From Eledone cirrhosa (lineage: Eukaryota): a stretch of 64,000 bases of DNA. Made by a program: the position numbers and the translations under genes. The stretch covers positions 39,432,001 through 39,496,000 of the forward strand of contig OZ024747.1 of assembly GCA_964016885.1 (NCBI GenBank), in the 5' to 3' direction. This document shows, piece by piece, positions 1 to 21,231 of the stretch (positions within the stretch are counted from its first letter, which is position 1; every line of letters starts with the position of its first letter). The notes beneath the pieces were generated by a model. The model was given only the letters and a program-made list of their open reading frames with translations, was not told the origin of the DNA and did no database searches.

Positions 1-571
1 GGTCTTTGGAAAGGGTATGTATTGCTAATAAGTGTTTTATGGAGGTACCTTGTCTTTCTACTATCTTAATATTGAGTTTATGTTTATTTAGGGCCCTTCT
101 AAATTTGTAAGCTAATTCACCTCTAGGAGTTGCATCGATGAACATTACACTGTGGTATTTACTGTTATGATACCGTGAGTTTATTCTATTAACCTTATTC
201 CTAGTTATTTCTATTCTATTCCAAAATTTGCTCCTATACAAGGGGCAGGTCCCATTTGTGTCACTATTTACCATTTTTTTCCATTTGGTTCTGGCTCCTC
301 TATATACTCTGATTTTATCTCTCTGATTGTAACCAGAGAACTGCATACGGTGGATGAAGTGTTGTATGTGTCTCTCTAGTTCTTTGCGGTTGCACATGCG
401 GGACACGTTTCTCATCACCCGTACCAAATCCGCAATCAGTATGTTGATTTTGGTATGGTCCGAAACAGCTGAGTTTCGGTGTATCAGATATTTGGAAGTC
501 ATGGGTGTGGCACAATTGGAATGGAGGATTTGTTTTTTGTTATTAATGGTATCTAACCAGATTTCTGTATC
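1..571 (-). mobile_element. Inverted copy of the RT/linker part of the adjacent PLE (5' inversion); runs off the window edge
   Basis: 1-571 is a near-identical reverse complement of 2882-3454 (e.g. ggtctttggaaagggtatgtattg vs caatacataccctttccaaagacc). Confidence 0.9.
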
Positions 572-3500
572 TTGTTCAAGAATGTGACAAGCTTTTTAAC
601 AAGAAACTAGAGTGGCTCAAACAGATAAAACTAAATCAAGATACTTAAGAGAATATCGATAGATATTCCGACAAATTTCACGGTATAAATATGGCCGACA
701 TCTCATTAACAGATGAATTCAACAACAACAACACAAATATATACGGCAACACTACGGTCGACTCTGATGAATTATCGATATTACAAATACCTCCTAAGTA
801 TGCCACATATAATAAGGTAAATATAATAAAATGCTTGTCAGAAATAGAAAAATTATATACAAAATTACGTTGGAGCCTCAAAAACAAAAACACAAGTAAC
901 AACATACGCACACACACACATATACGACACACATCCCAACAACAACAGACACACAGACACAAACAACAATAACAACAACACACACATCAACAATAATAAC
1001 ATGCACAGAAACAACTACAACAAACACGCAGACACAAACAACAATAACAACACGCACAACAATAATAACATACACGGAGACAACAACAACAACACACATC
1101 AACAACAGCACAAATCAACAACAACAACAACAACACACACAAATTCTATACCTCTCACCACCACCACAATCTTAACAAACACACAGACACAGGGAAACAG
1201 GTAATGATAGTAGCACAGAAATAAGGGAAGGTAATAGGATTGAAAGGAGAAGGGAGACTATGGACAGAGAAAATAACCAGGACGAACACACAGACACACA
1301 GAATAGAGTAGATAATAACAATGAGCCAGAGGAAAGAGTCAGGAGTAATAATGAGAGACATAGAAACAACCATGAGGCTGTTGGTGGAAATAGAAATAGA
1401 AACAACACAACTAACAATAACAATAGCATTAGTACACATAAAGCAGCAGCCTGGAACTCTACTTCTTATAATCCTTCCGATAAATCGTTCGACCTGCCAC
1501 GAGTCCACGCCACGACTTTAGCTTTTAACAAACGCACGCAATTGCCGTCGCATGTCGATGAACAAACAGAAGCACAATTTAGTATAGCTACACCTAAACT
1601 TAGAAATATTATAGAACAGTATAGCTAGAAGCAAAATAGAATGGAGGCCCAGCAACTGGGAGAAAAATATGCAAATGGATTGCGTAAGCTCATTCAGCGC
1701 TCGCGTAATGGAGAAATTGCATGCTTTCCAACAGAACAGTCTGGCAGAATGTCGGTTGACAGTCTGTCAAACTACATCCAGGCAATGCAACCCCACATCA
1801 CTAACACAAGAGAAGTAACACCACAAGAGCATGAGGATAGAGAAAAACCCTCAATGCCCATATGATGATGTGGACAAATATAATGCAGCCCAACAAAAGA
1901 ACTGCCAACAACTTCCAGGCATGGAACAATGACGAGCCAGCGTTGTATGGCCTTCGAAAAGACCATAAAACGAGCAGTGACCCTGTCACAGGACCACCAA
2001 CACGGCCAGTCTGTGGAGCTAACATTGCTCGTAAATACAGACTTTCCTACTTCCTCTCCCTGATCATACGCCCCATCATTGAAATGTCCCCAGATATATG
2101 TGACAGCACGGAGGACCTCCTCAGCAGAATCGGCGAGAGTAACCGATCTAGGGACCTAACAAACTGCATAATAGGTAGTATGGATGTTGTGTCCCTGTAT
2201 CCATCTATTGACGTGGATTTTGCTGTGGAGAAATGCGTAGAAATGATCAGTGTGAGCAATGTTGAATTCCGTGGGATTGATACCAGTGAGCTGGGACTCC
2301 TACTTAAACTTATCTACAGTAATGATTATCTAGATACATATGGCCTTAGCAACCTGTGCCCTACAAGACTAGCAAGAGGCAGACCACCTACCAATACCTC
2401 AATGGCCAAGAAAACCCACACAGATAGATGTAACGGGTGGACCAGAGCCATACTGACCCCCGAAAACCACGATGAACTAAAGAAAATGATTGCACATGCG
2501 GTGGGGGTCCACCATAAAATTAACTCTTAAGGTACATATGTTCAAATTTAATGGAAAAGCATATGCCCAAGAGGAGGGAACAGCCATTGGTGTTAGCATT
2601 GTAGGTGACATAGCTAACCTATTCATGGTATGGTGGGACAATAGACTTAAACTTAAAGTTAAAGAACAATTAGAAGACAGCATCCCCTTAACCCTGATAA
2701 TGTACTCCCGCTACGTTGATGATATAAACATCGTAGTAAAAACACCCCCACTAGAAGACAGTCAGGAATTAGAGAAAAACACCATGGAAAGCATCCAGCA
2801 AATAGCTAACTCCATCCACCAGAGTATTAAAGTTACTATAGACTACCCAAGCAACCACCCCAACCATCGATTACCTGTACTAGATACAGAACTCTGGTTA
2901 GATACCATTAATAACAAAAAACAAATCCTCCATTCCCATTATGCCAAACCCATGACTACCAAATATCTGATCCACCGAAACTAAGCTGTTTTGGACCATA
3001 CCAAAATCAACATACTGATTGCGGATTTGGTACGGGTGATGAGAAACGTGTCCCGCATGTGCAACCCCAAAGAACTAGAGATACACATACAACACTTCAT
3101 CCCCCGTATTCAGTTCTCTGGTTACAATCAGAGAGATAAAATCAGAGTATATAGAGGAGCCAGAACCAAATGGAAAAAAATGGTAAATAATGACACAAAT
3201 GGGACCTGCCCCTTGTACAGGAGCAAATTTTGGAATAGAATAGAAAGAACTAGGAATAAGATTAATAGAATAAACTCATGGTATAATAGCAATAAATACC
3301 AGAGTGTAATGTTCATCGATACAACCCCTAGAGGGGAATTAGCTTACAAATTTAGAAGGGCCATAGATAAATATAAACTCAATATTAAGATAGTAGAAAG
3401 ACCAGGTACCTCCATAAAAACACTTATTAACAATACATACCCTTTCCAAAGACCTCCCTGTATAGATAAAAAATGTATAATCTGTAAATTAAGCCCCCAT

Positions 3501-3680
3501 ATTAACTGTAAAACTAGAAATGTAGTATATAGCATAAGATGTACTGAAGGACAATGTAGAGATAAGAATATAGTGTACATAGGTGAGACAGCTCGTAGTA
3601 CAGGGGAACGGATAAATGAACACTGGCGAGACCTTCAAGATAGTAAAGAATCATCTGTACACTACCAACATGCTACCTAG
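572..3680 (+). pseudogene. Penelope-like element, frameshifted RT plus GIY-YIG endonuclease ORF
   Basis: ORF pieces 1862-2530 (SMDVVSLYPSI), 2490-2984 (QEEGTAIG; YSRYVDD), 2991-3680 (C..C..C linker; NVVYSIRC...VYIGETARS..ERINEH); multiple stops and frameshifts. Confidence 0.9.
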
Positions 3681-4006
3681 ATTCTTTGACTAGAACATTA
3701 TGTCATCCTATTAGTGCCAGTGTATGATTCTGTATAACATTACATCAATATTAAAATACATTACATAAAAAGGTTATTAAATATAATTTACATAGTCATC
3801 ACCAAAATATCCTTTTGATGCCAGACAATCAACAATTAGTTATAACTCTAAATAAACATTATCATAGCAATCAATTATGTCGCAGTTATATAAAAATTCC
3901 ACATTTTGTGTAAAACAATGAGGTAATATATGCAAATACATAAAAAGAACATTCATACGAAGAAACATTTAAAAATAAGACCAGACTGAATATCGATACA
4001 AATATA

Positions 4007-4037
<31 letters not shown>

Positions 4038-4528
4038 CTTAAATTGTAATCTTAAATTATAAGAGCTATACTGCTATAATACAGAGTATGGAGAAGCCAG
4101 AATCATCAACACAGCGGCTAGTGGTAATCGGAGTATTGCTGGGTAAGGACATGACAGAAAGACAAATGTGAGTCCTCAGTACGGACCCCAGGTAGGTTGC
4201 AACAACACAGATCCTGTAGCAAGTTACTGATTCAGTGCCAACAAATATGGCCAGAGATCACGTGGAGTTAGGAGCTATGACATTCGAGTGAATCTGTCAA
4301 CAGCAACAGCACCATCACAGGTAACAATAACAGTAATGGTTATTTCCTGCTGAAGATATATTCAGAGAAATAAGGTCGTCGTATATTGTGAAATATTGAA
4401 TCAATCGTGCAGATACACACACACACACACAGACACACACACATACACACACACAAACACAAACAAACACACACACACGCGCACATATATATATATATAT
4501 ATATACATGTGTATATATGTATATATAT

Positions 4529-4613
<85 letters not shown>

Positions 4614-4616
<3 letters not shown>

Positions 4617-5533
4617 GCTGACGTACCCAGCTTCGCCCGGGTAAAAAGATGATAAGAGAAGACAGGTAAAAGAGAAAATGACTGTATTGGATGTCTGTCT
4701 GGTTACAGTATGAGGCGAGTCCGTGGTGTCTGTGTGATACAAAAAACCGTAAAAGAAATCTTCCAGATATACCAGATTCTTCGTTGTACCGTTTGTGCAT
4801 AGTATATGAACAATTCTAGGTGCTCCCACCTAGAATAGTGACCTCTAGGAGATGGTTCATCTTCTCCCTGACTGTAAAACGTGTATCATTGCATAGATGT
4901 GGTTGTTCCACGTTTCACAAAAGGATGATGGAAGTTTCAATCTGTTATATAGATATAGATATAGATAATTAATATAAAAGATGTCCGTCAATGTAAAAAA
5001 AGGTCTCTATTTACTCCCTTCACAATTCTGTGTATGTTAGACTGACAGACAGGCACACAGACAGATAAACTGCGTGGCGATTGTGGAACGCCGCACATAC
5101 ACACACATACACGCATGGAAACGCGCACACGCAAGCAAACTTACACACGCACCAGTGCACTTACACACACGCACACACTCACGCATGTTGTTGGTTTTTT
5201 ACTTTCTGTGGAACGCTGCATGCACGCACATACACATAAACATACGCACACGTACATACACACGCAGACATGTTAATAGTTATTGCTTTCCTTCCCCTCT
5301 TATTTCCACCCACATCACACACACATGTCTCTACACTGACACATATACATAGTGTTTCCAACACTTTGCCTCTCTGTTTGTTACTCTCCCCTCTCACTCC
5401 CTCATTGGCATTATGCATATTAATTTAAGTTTGGCGTCGTTGAGTGGGGCGGAGTCGTTTGAAACCTATGAACCAATGATAATCGAGAATTATGCCACAC
5501 AGAATACTGACATTGTTGAACTTAATATATAGA
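4614..5533 (-). mobile_element. Non-autonomous Helitron (about 920 bp), internally deleted derivative of the adjacent RepHel element
   Basis: Minus strand starts TCTATATATTAAG at 5533 and ends with a subterminal hairpin plus CTAC/T at 4614; 4614-5015 matches 5534-5901 and 4971-5533 matches 11132-11572. Confidence 0.85.
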
Positions 5534-11776
<6,243 letters not shown>

Positions 11777-12473
11777 ACTCTATACACTCGTGTACTGGAA
11801 ACAGATTATAGGGATGTTTTTTCTATTTACATGTTATGTAAATCGTTTCAAATTCTGTCCTTTTCACTATTTATTGTTTTGTTTCATATTTCTCTATTTC
11901 ATTTTACAATGCTCCTATGGTGAGAGGAACATTTACATTTATTATTCAACTGATATGCCATTCAAATTCATAATCGGCATAGACAATATATTCCAATGAT
12001 CATAGTTAAATATCCCAATTGCCCCAAGAATCAAAATAAAATCAATGAAAGTTAGATTTATACTTCACGAGATAAATATTCGTTGAACAAATGGATACAT
12101 TTTTAGAATTGTATGTACAACATCAAGGCAAGTAAGGTAAACTTATTTCAAAGAGTCTTAAGTTCCTATCAGAGTTTCTTTTTTTTATTCTGAGAGCTCA
12201 TATCTTAAATATATATTTCATATATTTATATGTATATATGATGTTGTCTCATACAATTTTCATTTAACCTATGTAATACAGCATTACATTTTGAATAAAT
12301 TGTATATAAAGCACACTGTCTTTGGGGCATATTCATTCATAGTGAAGATATATCACGTGAAATCACTAGATTGTTTTTCTAAAATAGAAAAGCGTGTAAG
12401 TACACTCTGTATTACAAGATGAATTGTGTTAGAAGCTTAAAGCATATAAACTTATATTCTGAAGTACGTTCCA

Positions 12474-12504
<31 letters not shown>

Positions 12505-13623
12505 CATATCAAGAAAATTCATATACATTTGTTTTCCCTTTCACGGGTTAACATGAATTTACCATCCAAATTGTCAAAGTGTTTGATTGTTGCATTTTAA
12601 ATAAACAACACTGTTGAAGCCTGAATACATAATCTAGTTATAATATTTCTGCCTTAATGATAAATTTGCTGCACCCATTTATTTGCATGTAAATCTAACC
12701 AGTCTTGCAACTGACATTTTTACGCCGAGAGTGATTTCTAATGTTTAATTTACATATTGGAAAGTGATCTAAATGTGCATCATTTAACTTTTCATATCCA
12801 TTTGCATTTACAATTAGAATACGACAAACGATGCCTCAATATCTGCTAAGAGTTGATATGTTATTCTATATCACATACAAAAATTCATGTATTATTTGTA
12901 ATTATCTTTACTATTGATTCTTCAAAAATCTTCTTATATGTAAACATTGGATATGATCATTCGTAGAAAATATGGGGAACATCAATTTTGAACTATGATT
13001 GTTGCGTATATATAATAAACCTTAAGAATACAGAGTAGATTATTGGAAAACCATGCAAGGAATCAGAAATAATGACCTGCGGAATATAACTATCCGGGTT
13101 TATATTCTGATTTCAAACATCCATTGTTTCTTTTGCCTGCCATCTCTCATGCGTTGAGGAAATGTGTACCAGTAAATAATGAAGTTGATCTAATAGACTA
13201 TACTCCCTCCGCGCAAACCATCGACATAGTATTTCATTGAAGACATACATACTTTAGACATACTAAGCACGGTGGATAGCAGAATCTGTGTAGCGTTCGT
13301 TATAACATTGTTCAGATGCCTTACAGTTCTGAAAGCTCAAACACTTTAGATGCACAATTTGTATCTATTTTCTTCTTTATACAGGTTAATGAGTTACTGT
13401 TATTTGCTCATGAATGCATGTAGCTATACAGGAAGCTGCCAACATACCTGTTTTGTATACATTACACACCATTGCGCATATTCTATCAGACCGAGAGAAC
13501 TATCATTGTATTGCGCTTACAATCTCATAAATGTAATGAAGGCAGCCATTAACAATGGTGCTCGTGAACATTTACAATCTCTCTCCTCCTCTCGCTTTAT
13601 CTCACTCTCACGAGTGCTCTCCT

Positions 13624-13661
<38 letters not shown>

Positions 13662-14756
13662 ACACACACACACACACACACCCACACACACAATCTTTAT
13701 CTATCTCTCTGCTTGCTCGTCTCTCTTCCTTAAATGACCACCATTAGACAATATTTTGTGAATCCAGATAATTGCTATTCTACTGATTTAGACTTTAGAC
13801 CACAGATGTGCGGTCTTATCTCTTTCTATATTTCTAACGTTGCCATATTATGCCCGCTGCCTCAGAAATGACTACTCTCTTGCCACAATTGTTTTCAGGC
13901 TATTACAACTCACAATGATATCATACTTTCATCTCCCAGTCAGCTAAGTCACACAGCACTACGGGCAACCACCCCTTCTGTAGATCTTTCGATATCCGGA
14001 ATTCTCTCTTTATTTGGTTTTGTAGGGCCTCGTATATCCATGAGCGTTACCTCCAGATTTAGCAACTATAAACAGAGTCTTTGTTGAATAATTTCCTATT
14101 TAGTTACTCATATTCAACCCTATTTGATTGTGAAAGAATTCAAATACATTTTTACATCAATATATAGATGTTTTACCATAACATTATTACGTTTGGCATA
14201 ATATAAATGTTCAATGTAGTTTATTTTCACTGTAATATATTTCTTCATTACATTTTCAATGCATAGCATTCGTGAGGATGAATCCTAACGCTTCAATCAG
14301 ATTTTCAATTGCATTGGCACCTGAATAGCAAATCGTCAAGTTAGCAATATCTTAAATTTAGGCTAAAGTTTTCAGTAATAGTGATGTAATACGCCAGTTC
14401 CATCAGCAGTGTTCTATATAAATGAATGTGTATCACATTTCCTTTTGGAATCCTGATGTGATTAATGTTAAATCCAGATGCATCCATGGAAACTAGAAGT
14501 AGTTGCGTTATATAATTTATGAAAATATATACAAGCTTGTAAACTATTCTGAAAATGGTTTGAGAGCAATTAGTTCATCTTACCTTCCTCAGGCGAACAG
14601 GCCAATGGCGTAAAGGGTAAATAAATACATATATAGAGATCGGTATATGTATAGAGAGTGAGAGATTAAAACAGAGACTGGGAGACATAGTTTCAAAAAA
14701 AAAAATATATATATATATATGTGCGCGCGCGTGTGTGTGTATGTGTGTGCGTGGGG

Positions 14757-14915
14757 AACAATGTACATGCCGTTACAATGCTGGCCGCGGCACACATCAT
14801 GCTGTTTTCAACGAGATAATAAATCATGGCCTGGACGGCACAAGTTTCCATTGCCAGCTCGAGTCAACAGGGCTAGACGGAGGAAATGGCATAAGACTAG
14901 ATGATGCCACAATGT
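14757..14915 (+). pseudogene. Fragment of CRE-like non-LTR retrotransposon (CCHC / restriction-like endonuclease region)
   Basis: Frame reads CRYNAGRGTHHAVFNEIINHGLDG...LESTGLDGGNGIRLD, homologous to the 38605-39021 fragment. Confidence 0.7.
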
Positions 14916-15080
14916 TCGCACGCGCCCCGCCAGGTGGAATGGCTGTTCCAGCGCGTCACCCGCGCCGTCCTCCGATGTCATGTATTCTTCATCCTGATGC
15001 CTGAGATTCAGAGACGGAGAGTAAGTTAGTTGGAAGTGGAAGAATATATGCATGAGAAGAAACACTGTTGGTATATCGTA

Positions 15081-15149
15081 AGGTAAAAGCCCGAGAGCGT
15101 GGCTCAGCACAAGCCGAAACATCTTGGCCTTGCAGTCGGGTTTTTACCT
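15081..15149 (+). ncRNA. Decayed hammerhead-like three-way junction
   Basis: 12-bp stem I aggtaaaagccc/gggtttttacct, stem II ggct/agcc, GAAA, GUC site; CUGANGA box replaced by gagagcgt. Confidence 0.35.
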
Positions 15150-15349
15150 TCCTCTATTTCTCTATCCCTTTCTCTCCTTCCCTCCTCCCTTTATATATAT
15201 ATATATTTGGGTGTGTGGAGGGAGAGAAAACGAGAAGGGTCGATGGTGAGAGAGAGGAGATTGAAATAAACAGATAGATACATATAAAGACACACATATA
15301 TATATACGTACATACATATATACCTACATACATAAAGCGCTCAATCAAG

Positions 15350-15950
15350 ATAAGTTTATGCAAAAGTAATTTGTAAATATTCAGCAATATACGACTTCGT
15401 TGATTTGGTGGACGGTCTGTCTCCAACAGAGAAGAGCAGAATGAAAGATGATGCAATTTGTTCAAATATCATTTTCCGATTTTGCAGAATTGCTGTTCAT
15501 AATTACTACTGACTTCTATATTCTAGCTGATATTACAATTTATAGAATACTGTTCTAATATAATCCAGAGTAAATATCGAACAGCATTATGAAATAATAT
15601 TGCTGAATCTGTATAGAGACTACGGAAGACATTATGTGACCTATGTTTGCGTTGTTAATTAAAATTAATGGTTTATGGGAATTTTGTTGGCTTTTCAGAC
15701 TTCTGTCAAATGCATTAACTGTGCAGCTGATTCTTAATTCCAAATCACGTTCAGAACTCCTGGCGTTTCTTCAGCTATCTACAAAGAATGTTAGTTCAAT
15801 AGTACTTTGATCTATCAGCATGAAATGCTGAATAGTACCAGATGCCAACACATGCATTTAAACGTTTGTATATTAAATTACATCACGTTTCTTTTAAATA
15901 CATTCAAACTTTATAGACGACAGATGCTGAAGTCTTAAAATGTTTCCAAA
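15350..15950 (-). mobile_element. Possible old LINE (RTE/CR1-like) C-terminal remnant
   Basis: Minus-frame pieces ELRISCTVNAFDR and DRPPNQ resemble post-RT LINE motifs; heavily decayed. Confidence 0.25.
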
Positions 15951-16573
15951 ATGTAGAATTAGCTTTATCCAACGCCAGTTGTGGAGACATATGATGTATT
16001 AAATGATATATCGTGATTGTGCTGGTTTTCTTTTATTATTGAAATTTCCAATAATTTTGCTTGAAAAGGCGACGGAATACAATTAATAAAAATCAAGTCA
16101 AGTGGTAAGTACGTGAGATTTTGAACAAAGTAGCTAACTAATAGCTGGTTTATTTATTTCGTTGGAATTATCTCATTGAATAAATTGTATTAATTATTAT
16201 ATTACATGCAGTAAAGGAGATCAAGACATTTAGTATTGAGGAGAGAATAGATACGTTATTAAATGAATAGTTACAATATATTTTTAATTTAATAGCTGAA
16301 AATGTGTAAACTCTTCAGGAATTACCAAATGTATAATTAGTATAAATGTAACATTTCTTAACGGTTACATCTATTTAGTGTGGACTACGAAATAACCCTC
16401 CCTTACATAGGCATTTAAATAAATATGCATATACCTTTATAGGAGTAAAGAAGGGGAATTGTTAGAACATAGGATCCACACTATCGGTTTTCCTTTCAAA
16501 ATGTATTATATAATAAATTCGGTCAAAATACTTTTTTTTTAATTCATATATATTTTCTACACATATACCAAGC

Positions 16574-16790
16574 AAGGCAGTGTATTGGCAGAGCCATTAG
16601 ATCGTCGGATAGAATAATTTACAGTATTCATTCCGGCTTAAATTCACGCCGTGGTAGATTATTGACTTTCAACTGTTTCAGATGGCTTAATAAATTACCA
16701 ATCGAATATAGGAGTTGACACTTCCTCGCTACCCCATTCCCACTCCACCTCTCTTCTGAACTAAACCTGCTTTTTTCAGAGCTAGAAACG
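16574..16790 (+). mobile_element. Degenerate tRNA-derived SINE
   Basis: Colinear weak similarity to the SINE at 62600-62777 (tggcaga..ttag head, aaattc.cgccg.gg, gactttca, taaattacca, tagaaac end). Confidence 0.45.
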
Positions 16791-17161
16791 GATATCTTCC
16801 TGGTTTAAAATAACCAAAAAAACGCCATATTTTACCAAAGTGCATCGACGATTCAACCAGTGGTTACGTGTCCATACATACAACAATGGAAATGTTAATT
16901 TCATTTTAATTAACGGCTTTTCATTCAGTTAATAGAAAAATAACATACTTTCTCAAATTCGAAAAGTTTTGAAAAAAGACAATCAGTATATTTCTTGATT
17001 ACATTCCAATATATATGTCTTTGTGTGTCTGTGTGTATACATTAAAAACAGTCGAGTGCTTTAATTTATTGAATCATCCTTTACTTATCGGAATCACCAG
17101 TTATTCCTATTGATAAACAAGGTAATATAAATGGTATATATATATAATATATATATAATAT

Positions 17162-17209
<48 letters not shown>

Positions 17210-17250
17210 CGAAACATAAGTCAATTGCATGAACTCATAATCCTTTATTT

Positions 17251-17306
17251 ACTGGTATATATATTTCGATGATAGCCATTGAATGGCTATGACCTCATCA
17301 GGTAGT
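17251..17306 (-). ncRNA. Minimal type I hammerhead ribozyme (PLE pLTR remnant), stem I decayed
   Basis: Minus: actac CTGATGA ggtcatagccattcaatggctatcatc GAAA tatata TA ccagt then aaataaa; same layout as 29827-29881. Confidence 0.7.
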
Positions 17307-17365
17307 TAGTCAGTTCTTAGATATGCGAGCTCAGTGTTTATGGTGTTGATGGAATCAGAGCCTTG

Positions 17366-17406
<41 letters not shown>

Positions 17407-17701
17407 GACATTGACGCACGGAAGAGACATGTTTACGGTCGCTCTAAGCTGCCAACTTGGTGTAACAACGGGCATTTTCCTCAGCAACGCATATTGAATT
17501 TGCAAGTTAGATAGTCTGAGGATGGTCGGAAAATGGAAGAGGAAGGGGAAAGGGAGCAATGCGCTTATTATATGTCACGCTAGTGTGAGTTGAAAATACC
17601 TGGTTTAGCGTTCTGCATCGGGAGTCTCAGTCTCATTCACGCATTTGTATAGATACTTTATTTGTCTACACACACACACATACATACACACACACACACA
17701 T

Positions 17702-17749
<48 letters not shown>

Positions 17750-17753
<4 letters not shown>

Positions 17754-18355
17754 CTTTTCCGAGAGTGCTTAAAATTATTTGTGAATAATCCCGGTTTTTT
17801 TTTTTTTAAACCGCTATAATATTGCTATTTTGCTGAACTCTTACATTTTGTAGACTTTTTTCGGAAAGTTTTTGACTACTGTTTCCTGTAAATAAACATT
17901 CGTCTCATTTTGACGTCACCAGCCATGTCTCTTCATGTGTGTTTATTTTTATAATTCCGCACGAGGTGAGCTAGCATGCTTTTAAATTCCCTTTTTGGCA
18001 TATTTTGGCAGTAAGTTAGGGTTATCGTGTTTGAGCTCTACTGAGGAACGTTTCCAACCGTGACCATCCACACTGAAAAGTTTCGTGAAATAGTCTTTTT
18101 AAGAGTATACAGAGCATTTTTAGTTTTTCCAAATTGAAGGTTGAGTATTTAAGCTCTATTTTATTCTGAGATAAGACTATATTAAATTTTTCCCTGGATT
18201 TCACAAAATCTGTGGATAAAATCTGTCTTGATTTTTTTTTTTAATTGAGTTTGAATTATTTTCCCATATCCTACGTTTTATTTTCCATTTTGACGTTATA
18301 GTCACTTATATATTATGAAATACTGTTGACTTTTTGCTCACAATAATTTCTATAT

Positions 18356-18360
<5 letters not shown>
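17750..18360 (-). repeat. Unclassified interspersed repeat, copy 1 (copy 2 at 57965-58485)
   Basis: Colinear similarity between the two copies; both bounded by (TA)n. Confidence 0.8.
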
Positions 18361-18409
<49 letters not shown>

Positions 18410-18449
18410 ATATTAAGTAAATGGAAAATATATTTATAAAACCATATTT

Positions 18450-18508
18450 ATTTTATTATATATATTTCAAGGGTACCAAAATGTTGGTACGCTATCATCA
18501 AATAAAAT
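18450..18508 (-). ncRNA. Hammerhead ribozyme (C3U variant), left arm
   Basis: Minus: attttat TTGATGA tagcgtaccaa..ttggtaccctt GAAA tatata TA ataaaat. Confidence 0.65.
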
Positions 18509-20944
18509 ACAAAATGTCTCATAAATATTTGACATAACCAAGGATAATATACCTTAACAGTTCAAGTTATCCATAGAAAGTGAAGGGAACAGAAAAAATA
18601 CAGATACTTAAAATTATGAATATGAGTATGTAAATGAGCTTTATGTAAGAGGGCTGAAAAAAACGTTATTTTAGACGCTATGGAAAATTTAAATAATTAT
18701 GATAAGTTATTGTATGCGTTAGAAGCAAGAGAAAGGAATAACGTTAATTTTGGGGGAAAAGATTTGTTACCTATAATATGAGTTATAATATTGTATATAT
18801 AATCAATTAGATTATATGAAGAATTATTGTTGTAAGTATGTTTATCTTATTACATTAGGATAGGTTATATGTATATAAATATCTATATATATATTAATAA
18901 TTGCGTATGTATTGATTGTATATATATCAAATATGAGTTACGAAGGAGTTGAAATTGTATTTTCAAGTTGTGAGAGTAGAATAATTTGTGGATTCGAAAA
19001 TGTTTTCAACATTGAGAATGTTTTCAGAATATTATTAATTTAACGAAGCTATATAGATTATCAGACAGAAAATCGTTATGTTTTCACGATTGATAAGAAT
19101 GTTTATGTTTGCAACGATTGAGAAAGGAAAGATAACTTTAATTTTTTTTGTTAACCATTAAAATTATAATTCGAGAAAAAATTACATATTATTTTGTGTG
19201 AGATCCATTATTTTAGTCGTGTCAATGTTAGGATAACAAAAAGAGAGAGGAAAAATGTAATGTGTTTTTCAAAGAACTATCTTAAAGAGGATACATTTTC
19301 AGAACATCATTTAAAGATTATCAATCTTCATGTAAAATATATTTATAGGTGTGCCCTTACAAAAGAATGTCGGAATTAAAAATAATGTCAGAATTAAAAA
19401 GGGTGTAGGAAATTAAAATGATAAATATATATATTAAAAATATTATAAATATTAGAGGTATAAAAAATTTCTGAAATATGAAAAAATATTAAAATATTAA
19501 AAAACTAAAAATATTTTTAAAAAATTATATTTAAAATTTTTAAAGGAAATAGGATCATTTTTAAGGTTTATGGGGATATTATAAATTAATGTTTGCAAGA
19601 AGAAAATAATTCTTTCTGAGATTAATAGAGTTTTGACAGTTAATTATATAAAACCTTTCTTCGATACACAATTTACAGAATCTTTATAAAGCAGTATTTC
19701 GGTATGCAGGTGCTTTCGAAATATTTCTCCAAGTTAATGAATAATCTATATTATTTTCTTTTAAATCACATATAAGATGTGAAAGTGAAGTAGAATATTT
19801 TTCATCAGATCTTCTTAGAGAATGATTATGGTTATTCCAGCGATCTTTAAATTTTGTTGAAATGGCACCAACATAGTTAAATATTTTGTGCATTTATAAA
19901 CTATGTTTTGTCTAAACAATTATTTTTGAAAGGGCTGATTTGATTCTACAGTTACAATTAATAGAGTTATTGTTGTTCAGAACGGTACTATTATTCTGAG
20001 TATTGTTGTTAGAATTATTATTATTGCTATTTTGGTTAGTTTGGTTAGGGTTTAGTTTAAGTTTCTATTATTAATTCTATTTATATTTTGTGCTATCTTC
20101 ATAGTAGTAGAGTAGGATAGAGTAGTATAGTGTGTCTGTTAAAAGAGGGTAGTATCTGTGGGTTTTAGGAAAACATTTATCTGGTTATTTTAAGGAATAA
20201 CTTTGCTAAAGGTGTTTTAACGCTTAATGAGTACCAAATGTTACTTCTAGTTCTAAGTTTTTTGATTGGTTATTGTTTAAGTTAAATTGTTTATTGTTAT
20301 TATAATTAATACAAACAAAATTAAAGTTATCTTTCCTTTCTCAATCGTTGCAAACATAAACATTCTTATCAATCGTGAAAACATAACGATTTTCTGTCTG
20401 ATAATCTATATAGATTCGTTAAATTAATAATATTCTGAAAACATTCTCAATGTTGAAAACATTTTCGAATCCACAAATTATTCTACTCTCACAACTTGAA
20501 AATACAATTTCAACTCCTTCGTAACTCATATTTGATACATAAACAATCAATACTTACGGAACTTATTAATATATATAGAGAGATATTTATATACATATAA
20601 CCTATCCTAATGTAATAAGATAAAAATACTTTCAACCATAATTCTTCATATAATCTAATTGATTATATATACAATATTATAACTCATATTACAGGTAACA
20701 AATCTTTTCCCCCCCAAATTAACGTTATTCCTTTCTCTTCCTTCCTACGCATACAATGACTTATCATAATTATTTAAATTTGCCATAGCGTCTAAAATAA
20801 CGTTTTTTTCAGCCCTTTTGCATACTCATATTAATAATTTTACGTATCTGTTTTTTTTTTCTCCTCCCTTCACCTTCTAGGGATGACTTGAGCCGTTAAG
20901 CTACATTATCCTTGGTTATGTCAAATATTTATAAAACACTTTGT

Positions 20945-21003
20945 ATTGTATCTGATGATAGCGTACCAAAATGTTGGTACCCTTGAAATATATATAATAA
21001 AAT
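20945..21003 (+). ncRNA. Hammerhead ribozyme, right arm
   Basis: attgtat CTGATGA tagcgtaccaa aatg ttggtaccctt GAAA tatata TA ataaaat, overlapping aataaa. Confidence 0.75.
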
Positions 21004-21135
21004 AAATCTGGTTTTATAAATATAATTTCCATTTATTTAATATCATTGAATATTATACTCCAGAAAACTTGTCGAGTGGTCTGAATCAGTTATAAACATT
21101 TATATTTGTTGAATTACCAACAGATTGAATATCCC

Positions 21136-21177
<42 letters not shown>

Positions 21178-21231
21178 CGTTTCTGAATTTGTTTAGCAAG
21201 ATTCTTTATCTGAAATCGTGTGTTGAAACCG

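Larger units (their letters stand above)
18405..21048 (-). mobile_element. 5'-truncated Naiad-type PLE with about 745-bp inverted repeats (18405-19151 / 20311-21048)
   Basis: Minus 19590-20280 encodes VKTPLAKLFLK..FNRHTI..SYST and YVGAISTKFKDRWNNHNHS...STSLSHLICDLK...WRNI..C.LC; arms are reverse complements and each carries an HHR. Confidence 0.85.

Noticed and set aside
4349-4380. ctgaaga...gaaa...gtc as a hammerhead
   Set aside because: Stems I and II do not pair
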